Shown: positions 17,417 through 24,941 of the stretch, piece after piece
How the letters are laid out: each line of letters starts with the position of its first letter
Position numbering within the stretch: the stretch's first letter is position 1
Assembly: GCA_002331045.1 (NCBI GenBank)
Contig: DCYK01000013.1
Span: 1-50,178, forward strand
Length of the DNA: 50,178 nucleotides
Direction of reading: 5' to 3'
From: Candidatus Saccharibacteria bacterium UBA2112
GTDB taxonomy: Bacteria > Patescibacteriota > Saccharimonadia > Saccharimonadales > Saccharimonadaceae
Made by a program: the position numbers and the translations under genes
The notes under the pieces: generated by a model
Databases searched by the model: none
What the model saw: the letters and a program-made list of their open reading frames with translations, nothing else
Told to the model about the DNA's origin: nothing

Positions 17417-18571
17417 ATGAACAAAAAATACATACGAATAACTATCGCCTTAGTGTTTGGGATCTTATCAACTCAGTATCCAGTCCCCAACGCTAATGCC
17501 GATAAATATGATAGCCAGATACAGGCTTTGCAACGAGAAATTGACCAGTTCCAAGCCGAAGCCAGTAAACTCAAAGATCAGGCGCGAACACTTGAGCGAG
17601 AAGTTGCGCAGCTTGACTCTGAGCGACAGATCATCCAGGGTCAAATAGACCTGTCGCAGCTGAAATATGACAAGTTGCAGATGGACATTGAAGCAACGAA
17701 GAAAAAGCTTTCCGACGCAAGGGAAGCACTTGGGGACACCATCGCTGACATATACGTTGATAGTGATATTTCTTCGATTGAGATGCTTGCCAGCAGCAAA
17801 AGTGTCAGTGACTTTGTTGATAAAAGCTCGTATCAATCAGCGATCGCTGACGAACTGCGAAAAACAACCGAAGAGATCAAGACGCTCAAGAGCGATCTTG
17901 AAAAACAACAAACGGACGTGAAGCGTATTCTTGCGGAACAAGAACTCGCAAAGAACGAACTGATAAAGAAGACTAATGATCGACAAAGTATTCTCGATCA
18001 AACACGCGGACAAGAAAGTACATACAATAATCTTGTTGCCGACCGAGAAAAGAAGCAAGGCGAATTACACAGACAACAACAAGCTGAAATTGAAGCCGCA
18101 ATCCGGCGAGCCGGAGGGGGTATAGGGCCAATCCTCATCGGTGATTCCAGTAAGGGTGGTTATCCTTGGGAGGCCGGATGTTGGCTCGATTCCAATGCGT
18201 GGTCATACGGTGGAGTTAATGGCAATGGCACCGACCCCCTGGGATATGGTTGCAGACAATGCGTTAGCTACACGGCATTTAAAGTCGGCCAACGAACAGG
18301 CAATTATCCCCGCTACTGGGGTAATGCAAACATGTGGCCATCTAGCGCAAGAGCCGCTGGTTACCAAACTGGAAGTGCGCCCCGTGCTAATTCCGTTGGT
18401 GTTATTATGACTGGTCAGTACGGACATACCGTATGGGTCGACAGCGTAAATGGAGACGGGACACTCACGATTAGCCAATATAACTATTACAATGCTGGTG
18501 GACCTGGCTGGGGTAACTATAGCAAGATGCGAGTTCCCGCTAGTACATACAATGTATTCATCTATTTCTAA
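17417..18571 (+). CDS. Secreted coiled-coil + CHAP-domain peptidoglycan hydrolase (PcsB-like architecture)
   Basis: 384 aa with a signal peptide and a ~200-aa heptad-rich coiled coil. The C-terminal CHAP domain has catalytic Cys (CRQCVSY) and His (GHTVWV). Confidence 0.85.
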   Translation: MNKKYIRITIALVFGILSTQYPVPNANADKYDSQIQALQREIDQFQAEASKLKDQARTLEREVAQLDSERQIIQGQIDLSQLKYDKLQMDIEATKKKLSDAREALGDTIADIYVDSDISSIEMLASSKSVSDFVDKSSYQSAIADELRKTTEEIKTLKSDLEKQQTDVKRILAEQELAKNELIKKTNDRQSILDQTRGQESTYNNLVADREKKQGELHRQQQAEIEAAIRRAGGGIGPILIGDSSKGGYPWEAGCWLDSNAWSYGGVNGNGTDPLGYGCRQCVSYTAFKVGQRTGNYPRYWGNANMWPSSARAAGYQTGSAPRANSVGVIMTGQYGHTVWVDSVNGDGTLTISQYNYYNAGGPGWGNYSKMRVPASTYNVFIYF

Positions 18572-18584
18572 TCGCGTAACACAC

Positions 18585-19196
18585 TTAACACAAGTCCTTA
18601 TATTTTATGGCGATGTAACCTTCCCGTGCAAGTATCACGACAAAGATAAGACCAGCCGCAGGATCTAACCACCAAACTGGATAAAAGTAGTTGATAGTTA
18701 CGCTAACAAGCAATGTTACGGACATAAGGACACAAACAAGTGTTTGTTTACTGTCGGCGACTAGACTCGGGCTGTTAATCGCCTTGCCTGTCTTGTACTT
18801 CATATAAGTTAGAAGCGGCATAACCAGTAACGATAGAACAGCAATTATGATACCTATAACGCTTGCCTCCGGCGCTTCCCGACTAATCAGTTTGCTAACT
18901 GCTTCATAGAGTATGTAAGCGGCTAAGATGAAGAATGTTATACCTACAAGCGTTGCCGCTTTCGCTTCAACCGCTTCTTCTTCCTCTTCCGTCATTTTGC
19001 CGTGTTTGCCAAGACGCCATATCATCACAGTTCCCGATAGGCTTTCGATGAAGCTATCCATTCCAAACCCAATAAGCGCGACGCTGCCCGTAAGGTAACC
19101 GACAAATACAGACACGATACCTTCCAGTACGTTATAGCCAACGGTAATGTAGGAAAGAATCAGTCCAAGTTTATGAGTTTTCTTTAGCCCAAACAT
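18585..19196 (-). CDS. CDF-like cation transporter, transmembrane domain only
   Basis: 203 aa with about 6 TM helices. The motif GSVALIGFGMDSFIESLS is CDF TM2-like. There is no C-terminal cytoplasmic domain. Confidence 0.65.
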   Translation of the reverse strand: MFGLKKTHKLGLILSYITVGYNVLEGIVSVFVGYLTGSVALIGFGMDSFIESLSGTVMIWRLGKHGKMTEEEEEAVEAKAATLVGITFFILAAYILYEAVSKLISREAPEASVIGIIIAVLSLLVMPLLTYMKYKTGKAINSPSLVADSKQTLVCVLMSVTLLVSVTINYFYPVWWLDPAAGLIFVVILAREGYIAIKYKDLC

Positions 19197-19198
19197 TA

Positions 19199-20065
19199 TT
19201 AGCCTCCGCAGGTACTATCAGTTAACGGTTCTAGCTTGTTAAAACGATCTTTGATTTGCTGGTCGGTCGGCGCATCTTTTTGAACAAAAATTACGACGTT
19301 GCCTATAAGGTTATTTATTCGAGTTAGCTTTTGCTCCTCGGTTTCAGTGGATTCACTATTGCCACTTTGAGTCGATGAGTGGTCTTCCGTGCCATGCGCG
19401 TAGGCTTTGGGGAATAAACTGTCGAGAAAACTTACCTCTTCACCTTTATTTATTTTATGTGCCGGGGAGTTACTTGTTTTGCCAAAAAACTCTTCGAGGT
19501 CCTTACTCCGCCAGTCATCAAAATTACGCTTTTTGTAACCGTTTTCATCACCCGTATAAATATGAAATTCTTCTTTTGCCGGCAATCCCGGTAGATAATC
19601 TCCATGTGTTGTTACTTTTTGAATGTCAGTAAGATCGTCAAGCTTATAGCCTAAAGCATTATCCATACCGCCAATATAGTTCCAGCCGTAATACTTCATA
19701 ACCATTCCACCTGTCATGCCTTCCCAGTGAATATGAGTGAACTGGTCTTTATTGTCATGGAAATGAATAGGCTGCTCGGGGAGATTCGCATTACACTGGT
19801 CTTTGGCATAGCCTGTTTGATATGCCTTTGTACCAAAGTTTTCTGCCTTGCCGTTAACCAAAATCTGCATTCGGAAATGATAGTGCTCCAGTTTCGGATT
19901 TCGTATTACCTCCGGTGAGTTTGCATATACATACCCGACGAAAATAAGTGCAAGTGGAACAACGGCGGCAACTATCATGGTAGCCGCTCGAACCAGCTTC
20001 TTTAGACGCTTTTGACTGGTAGCTTTTTTGTCTTCCATAACCTCTCCTTCAATCATCCTCACCAT
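19199..20065 (-). CDS. Membrane-anchored extracytoplasmic protein with His motifs, unknown function
   Basis: 288 aa with an N-terminal TM helix. Motifs are HYHFRMQILVNGK and PIHFHDNKDQFTHIHWEG. Its stop lies 2 nt before the downstream CDF-like start. Confidence 0.55.
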   Translation of the reverse strand: MVRMIEGEVMEDKKATSQKRLKKLVRAATMIVAAVVPLALIFVGYVYANSPEVIRNPKLEHYHFRMQILVNGKAENFGTKAYQTGYAKDQCNANLPEQPIHFHDNKDQFTHIHWEGMTGGMVMKYYGWNYIGGMDNALGYKLDDLTDIQKVTTHGDYLPGLPAKEEFHIYTGDENGYKKRNFDDWRSKDLEEFFGKTSNSPAHKINKGEEVSFLDSLFPKAYAHGTEDHSSTQSGNSESTETEEQKLTRINNLIGNVVIFVQKDAPTDQQIKDRFNKLEPLTDSTCGG

Positions 20066-20130
20066 TATATGCTAACTTCGAACCATATTGTAGGTATAGA
20101 GATGCCATAAGCCGATTTAATACAGGATTT

Positions 20131-20139
20131 TGGTACAAT
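20131..20139 (+). promoter_or_regulatory. Extended -10 element (TGGTACAAT) upstream of the TM/TIR cluster
   Basis: A TGnTACAAT lies 22 nt upstream of the ATG at 20161. A GAGGA SD lies in between. No clear -35 element. Confidence 0.3.
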
Positions 20140-20160
20140 AAGGCCTGAGGATTTGGTTAT

Positions 20161-20673
20161 ATGCCTGAGAGACAAGATAAATTAAAAAATTTAGATGATA
20201 CTAAGACGCAGAATTGGCTTGATCTTGCCAGTCATTTTCAAGCAAAAGTTTTAAAACGCACGTCAGAAGTGGCCTTTTTACATACAAAGGCGGGTTTCCT
20301 AATCGCAGCAGCAGTTATAGAACTCCAAGCGATATCTGAATTGCCAAAATTCACAAATAATCTGATGATTTATGGTATGTTAGTTGCCGCAACTCTCGCA
20401 TTCACGTCATTGGTAATCTCCATTACATCAATGAACATTAGTAGGAGTGCGACACCGCTCAATCCCGACGATATGATCCTCGGGCTTACCGAGCGGCCAA
20501 AGATGAGCCGTAGTGATTTTGCAAACTGGCTCGCCAAAAGCTACGCAGCCGCGAATAAAGAGTTTAACTCAAAATACAGTCGGAAATACAATCAGCAAAT
20601 TATTTCAGCCAGTTTATTAGTCGCGTCATTCGTTATCATTGTAATTTTGAAAGGAATTCATACCTATGTCTGA
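20161..20673 (+). CDS. Small 3-TM protein, Pycsar-effector/DUF5706-like topology (tentative)
   Basis: 170 aa. A polar N-terminal helix precedes HTKAGFLIAAAVIEL (TM1) and TM2. A ~55-aa polar linker follows, then a C-terminal TM3. The family call is from memory and needs an HMM check. Confidence 0.45.
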   Translation: MPERQDKLKNLDDTKTQNWLDLASHFQAKVLKRTSEVAFLHTKAGFLIAAAVIELQAISELPKFTNNLMIYGMLVAATLAFTSLVISITSMNISRSATPLNPDDMILGLTERPKMSRSDFANWLAKSYAAANKEFNSKYSRKYNQQIISASLLVASFVIIVILKGIHTYV

Positions 20674-20908
20674 TACCGATGAACCGTACGTCGAGCCAGC
20701 TGTAAGCGCGCCGGAAGCCTCTTATGATGTAGTTCGGGAAACGTACCAACCACCAACGGCATCTATAGAATCGGTAAAGGCTGACACCTTGCCGCGCGCT
20801 TCGGTTGAAACCGTCCAGCTCAGTGAAGATCCAAAACCAGCCCAGCCGCAACCATCAGTAGATTACGAGAAAAAAGGTCTTGGCCTCGACGGGCGACGAC
20901 TCGGTTAA
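20666..20908 (+). CDS. Small acidic, Pro/Glu/Ser-rich disordered protein (80 aa)
   Basis: The start overlaps the upstream stop (ATGTCTGA), suggesting translational coupling. The composition is low-complexity. Confidence 0.4.
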   Translation: MSDTDEPYVEPAVSAPEASYDVVRETYQPPTASIESVKADTLPRASVETVQLSEDPKPAQPQPSVDYEKKGLGLDGRRLG

Positions 20909-20977
20909 GCATAAGCACTACACAATAAACATTACTGTATTGCAAATCAAGCTCAATCACTGTAAGATTGTGACTAC

Positions 20978-21436
20978 ATGGTAAAAACAGGGACGACAGC
21001 GGAGGATAAAAGAAAACACTTGGAGTTTGTTCAAGGTGTTGTCAACCGCATGGCGTCAAATTCTTTTCTGTTCAAGGGCTGGTCGATAACTATCATCGCC
21101 GGACTTTCGGCTTTTGCCACTACAGACTCAAATACCGCGTTCATGGTCATACCGATCGTCTCGACTTTGTTGTTTTGGAGCGTGGACGCGTATTATCTCA
21201 TGCTTGAGCGAGCGTTCAGAAATATCTACAACAAAGTTGCCAAAACGAAGCCGGAGCAAATTGATTACTCTTTGACGCCTGCCAAAGAGGACAGAACCGT
21301 GAAGTCATGGGCGAAGGTGTTCTTCGGACGGCCAATTCTGGTTCTTTTCTACGGAACCGTCCTTGTTATGCTGATTATCTTGTCGTTGATACTAAATAAT
21401 TACGGATTGGAAGTGAGGATTATCCATGGCTCGTAA
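20978..21436 (+). CDS. Small 3-TM protein coupled to the TIR-like gene
   Basis: 152 aa. An N-terminal helix KRKHLEFVQGVVNRMASNSFLFKGW runs into TM1, then TM2, a polar linker and a C-terminal TM3. This is the same topology as 20161-20673. It overlaps the next gene by 11 nt. Confidence 0.6.
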   Translation: MVKTGTTAEDKRKHLEFVQGVVNRMASNSFLFKGWSITIIAGLSAFATTDSNTAFMVIPIVSTLLFWSVDAYYLMLERAFRNIYNKVAKTKPEQIDYSLTPAKEDRTVKSWAKVFFGRPILVLFYGTVLVMLIILSLILNNYGLEVRIIHGS

Positions 21437-21875
21437 AGTATTTTTCAGCTTTCACTACGCCCGTGACGCATGGCGCGTCGGACAAGTGAGGAATAGCAAC
21501 GTAATAACCGGTCTGGAGAAAAGCCCTTTCTACGATAAAGCGCAGTGGGAAACGATAAAGCGACAGGGCGACCAGGCAGTAAAAAATTGGATCGACAATC
21601 AACTCAACGGAACTTCCGTAACCATAGTATTGATCGGTAAAGAGACGGCTTCCCGCAGGTGGGTTAAATATGAAATTCAAAAAAGTATAGAGCTTGGCAA
21701 AGGGCTTTTGGGCGTTCATATCACTGGCATAAAAGACCAGAATGGAAATACGGAAACCGCGCTTGGCGCGAACCCACTGCCCGCTGGATATCCTGTGTAT
21801 AAATGGAACGCTAGCGACGGTGCTAAAAACCTTGGCGTATGGATTGAGCAGGCTGCAGTTAAAGCAGGCAGATAA
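21426..21875 (+). CDS. TIR-like domain protein (ThsB / DUF1863 / MTH538-type)
   Basis: 149 aa. The family hallmarks are KVFFSFHYARDAWRVGQVRN at the N-terminus and RRWVKYEIQKSIELGKGLLGV, which contains the conserved Glu. A GTGAGGA SD lies upstream. Confidence 0.8.
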   Translation: MARKVFFSFHYARDAWRVGQVRNSNVITGLEKSPFYDKAQWETIKRQGDQAVKNWIDNQLNGTSVTIVLIGKETASRRWVKYEIQKSIELGKGLLGVHITGIKDQNGNTETALGANPLPAGYPVYKWNASDGAKNLGVWIEQAAVKAGR

Positions 21876-22016
21876 AAATTATGTAGTAGAATTTGCAATA
21901 CTTTCATAGGTGGTGAAGATTCTTATGCTATCTCTGAAAAAGCTTACGTTGATCATATTAAGAAATATTTCATGGTATCTTCAAGTCACAACTATTTTCA
22001 AACGGAGGGTCCCATC

Positions 22017-22361
22017 GTGATCAGAAGTTCCATTGGTATTAAAATAGTGACATTTACAGTATTAGTGGGAATACCAATAGTGTTCACAACACCAGCGTTC
22101 GCCGCAGGGGGCGACGTCGCGCAGGTGCAGACGTTTATTCGAAGCGTCATACAGGTAGTAGCAGGTTTGGCCGGTCTCGTCGCGACCGGTTTTATTGTTG
22201 TTGGTGGTTTCACCTACATCACCAGCTCGGGCAATCCCGAGCACCTCGACAGGGCAAAGCGCACGCTGTTCTTTTCGGGCGGCGGACTTGCCATTGTCAT
22301 AGCCGCTTTCGTCCTGAGTAACATCGTGACGACACTGGCGACTCAAGCATTCGGAGCCTAG
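22017..22361 (+). CDS. VirB2/TrbC-like T4SS pilin-type protein
   Basis: The ORF opens at 21972, but the GTG at 22017 lies 7 nt after GGAGGG. It has a signal peptide ending AFA|AGG, two hydrophobic helices, and a GGFTYITSSGNPEHLDRAKR loop. Confidence 0.6.
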   Translation: MIRSSIGIKIVTFTVLVGIPIVFTTPAFAAGGDVAQVQTFIRSVIQVVAGLAGLVATGFIVVGGFTYITSSGNPEHLDRAKRTLFFSGGGLAIVIAAFVLSNIVTTLATQAFGA

Positions 22362-22364
22362 ATC

Positions 22365-23828
22365 ATGGAAACCCTAACCATGAGCTTGTCGATCATGGCA
22401 GACACGTCCAGTGCTATTGCTGTCATGAGAGATTACGTGGGGCCGACTTTACAGATGTTTGCGGCAATCGCCGGAATCGCCTGCACGTTTTTCATTGTGC
22501 ACGGCGGCTACCTGTACATGACCAGTGTCGGCAGGCCGGACACGCTAGAACACTCCAAGCGGATTATGCGAAACGCAGTCATCGGACTGGTCATTATCTT
22601 AGGTGCCGCAACGCTGACATCCATACTGGCGAACGCCTATGGGCATCCGGCGGGCGGAGCGCAAGCATCGTTACCGACGCTCAACGCCATCACGCCGGAT
22701 CAGTCGAGTAGCGGACTGATCGAAGTGTTGATCAACGCGGTCATAGGCTTCCTGAACAATATCATTCAGGCGGTCGCCGCGCCGTTCCTGGGGGCGCTCA
22801 ATTACTTCACTTCCGGCACACCGCTGATGGTTAAAAACCCAAGCGTGTTTAATCTATGGCTGGCAGTTGTCGGTATAACGGACGTGCTGTTCGTGATCGT
22901 TCTGGCACTGATTGGCTTTCACTTCATGAGCGCTGCCAGTTTCGGCTTCGACGAAATAGAATTCAAGCATCTGCTGCCGAGAATTGCCCTCGTGTTCCTG
23001 CTGATCAATACATCGATCTTCATCATCGACGGGTTCATCGAACTGTCCAATGTGCTCATTACTGCGATTACCAAAGTCTCCGGCAGCGCGTCTGTGTGGG
23101 ACACGTTGACCAGCGTTGTTAAAGATTCCGGCGGACAGGGACTGGCAGCGCTGCTGATGATGCTGGCCTTCATCGTCTTTTCGGTCATGCTGCTCGTCTA
23201 TTACGTCATCCGCCTGGTGACGCTTTTTATCGGAGCTGTGTTGTCGCCGCTAATCTTCCTCATCTGGCTCGTTCCTGGCTTTCGCGATTTTTCGGAAACA
23301 GCCGCCAAGACGTATCTGACAACCGTCTTCGTCCTGTTCGTCCATGTTGTCATCTTGCAGCTTTCCGCATCGCTGTTCACCGGCATGGCGGCATCGAGCG
23401 ACAATGACGTGCCGAATACGCTGATGGCGATGGTAGCGGGCTTAGCCACGGTCGTTGTGCTGCTAAAAACTCAGGGCGTGATGATGCAGTTCGGCTACGT
23501 CAGTGGCGGCGCAAGGAATGCACGAAAACTCGGTGGCCAGTTTATGAACGGTGTCAGCTACATCACAGGCAAGGGTAAAGCAGTCGTTTCAACGATGTCA
23601 TCCCGCACCGCCCAATCGACCGGCTCAAGTTCAGGCGGCGGTAGTCGCGGCAAAGGTCTCCATGTCGTTTCATATACCCAACCTCGCAGCGGTGCTGGCA
23701 AAAATGCGCCGAAGCCCGCCGTATCCGTTTCCCGTAAAACCGGAGCAACGCACGAAGCGCCGAAAGTATCATCAAGACCATCTGCCAGCGAGCTGACAAC
23801 TAAGAAAGAAAGGGAGAAGAAATCATGA
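22365..23828 (+). CDS. VirB6/TrbL-like polytopic T4SS membrane protein with N-terminal pilin-like module
   Basis: 487 aa with at least 7 TM helices and a Ser/Gly/Lys-rich C-terminal tail. The N-terminal ~90 aa align with the upstream pilin. Confidence 0.7.
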   Translation: METLTMSLSIMADTSSAIAVMRDYVGPTLQMFAAIAGIACTFFIVHGGYLYMTSVGRPDTLEHSKRIMRNAVIGLVIILGAATLTSILANAYGHPAGGAQASLPTLNAITPDQSSSGLIEVLINAVIGFLNNIIQAVAAPFLGALNYFTSGTPLMVKNPSVFNLWLAVVGITDVLFVIVLALIGFHFMSAASFGFDEIEFKHLLPRIALVFLLINTSIFIIDGFIELSNVLITAITKVSGSASVWDTLTSVVKDSGGQGLAALLMMLAFIVFSVMLLVYYVIRLVTLFIGAVLSPLIFLIWLVPGFRDFSETAAKTYLTTVFVLFVHVVILQLSASLFTGMAASSDNDVPNTLMAMVAGLATVVVLLKTQGVMMQFGYVSGGARNARKLGGQFMNGVSYITGKGKAVVSTMSSRTAQSTGSSSGGGSRGKGLHVVSYTQPRSGAGKNAPKPAVSVSRKTGATHEAPKVSSRPSASELTTKKEREKKS

Positions 23829-24334
23829 AAGCAACGATTGTACCAGCACAAGTAACGACGGTTGAAGACCGGATCATGGGAGGACTGAGCTTTTCGCAGC
23901 TGATGCTGCTGCTTGTACCCGTATTCATGAGCGCGGGTATATACACGATGATTCCACCGTTTATGGACGGCAACATCTATAAATACATCGTGATGGGGGC
24001 AGTCGCTTTAATCTGCGGAATTCTCGCGATACGCATCAAGGGGAAGATACTCGCCTTGTGGCTGGCGATCGTTCTCCGGTACAATCTCCGTCCGAAATAC
24101 TATCTGTTCAACAAGAACACAACCGCCCTCCGCGAGCAGTACGCCGACCATGTTCCAGCGGCTGAAGAAAAGACCGAACGACAAAGCCTGAAAGAGCGGG
24201 TGCAAGTACCGCACCTTGAGCTGCACGAAGTGACGAAGGTTATGACAAAGCTGGAAAACCCGGCGGCCAAGCTGCGATTCGAAACCACAAGAAATGGAGG
24301 TCTCTATGTTCGCCTTACAGAAATCGAAGAATAA
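23825..24334 (+). CDS. PrgI-family / VirB3-like T4SS membrane protein
   Basis: 169 aa. VPAQVTTVEDRIMGGLSFSQLMLLL is followed by two TM helices. An ATGA overlap links it to the upstream gene. Confidence 0.55.
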   Translation: MKATIVPAQVTTVEDRIMGGLSFSQLMLLLVPVFMSAGIYTMIPPFMDGNIYKYIVMGAVALICGILAIRIKGKILALWLAIVLRYNLRPKYYLFNKNTTALREQYADHVPAAEEKTERQSLKERVQVPHLELHEVTKVMTKLENPAAKLRFETTRNGGLYVRLTEIEE

Positions 24335-24941
24335 AACCAGCGCCCGAAATCAGATAGCGATCAAGGGCGTGCGCGACGGTATTCTCATGTTGCCGAATAA
24401 CGAATACCGCGCCGTGCTGCAAGTGTCGTCACTGAATTTCGAGCTGAAAAGCGAGGACGAGCAGGACGCGATTATCGAGACCTACGAGAGCTTCTTAAAC
24501 TCCGTCGGTTCGTCGCTTCAAATCCTTGTTCGTACCCGCGAAATCGACATGGATAAATACCTTGAAGATTTGAACGTGCGGCGTGGCGGCGAGACGGAGC
24601 AGGTCTACCGCGACCAACTGAAAAACTATGATGAGTTTATCCGCTCGCTTATCATGACAAACAAAATCCTCACCAGGCACTTCTATATCGTCGTGCCGTA
24701 CAACACGACCGGCAAGGCGGACTTTGAGCTGATTCAGGAACAGATCAACCTGAAACTCGACATCGTGGCAAAAGGCATGATGCGCATCGGCATGCACACG
24801 AAAGAACTGACCAGCCTTGAAATACTCGATTTGTTCTACAGCTTCTACAGTCCGGCTCAGGCAAAGGTACAGCCGCTCACCGAACAAGCTCTGCGCATGA
24901 TACATGCCGCCATGATCGAGAAAGGAGACCAAGATGGATAA
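24306..24941 (+). CDS. VirB4-family N-terminal domain as a separate ORF
   Basis: IAIKGVRDGILMLPNNEYRAVLQVSSLNFELKSEDEQDAI...FLNSV matches the N-terminus of monoderm VirB4 (PrgJ/TcpF/Orf16-type). The ATG at 24306 lies 5 nt after GGAGG. Confidence 0.6.
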   Translation: MFALQKSKNKTSARNQIAIKGVRDGILMLPNNEYRAVLQVSSLNFELKSEDEQDAIIETYESFLNSVGSSLQILVRTREIDMDKYLEDLNVRRGGETEQVYRDQLKNYDEFIRSLIMTNKILTRHFYIVVPYNTTGKADFELIQEQINLKLDIVAKGMMRIGMHTKELTSLEILDLFYSFYSPAQAKVQPLTEQALRMIHAAMIEKGDQDG

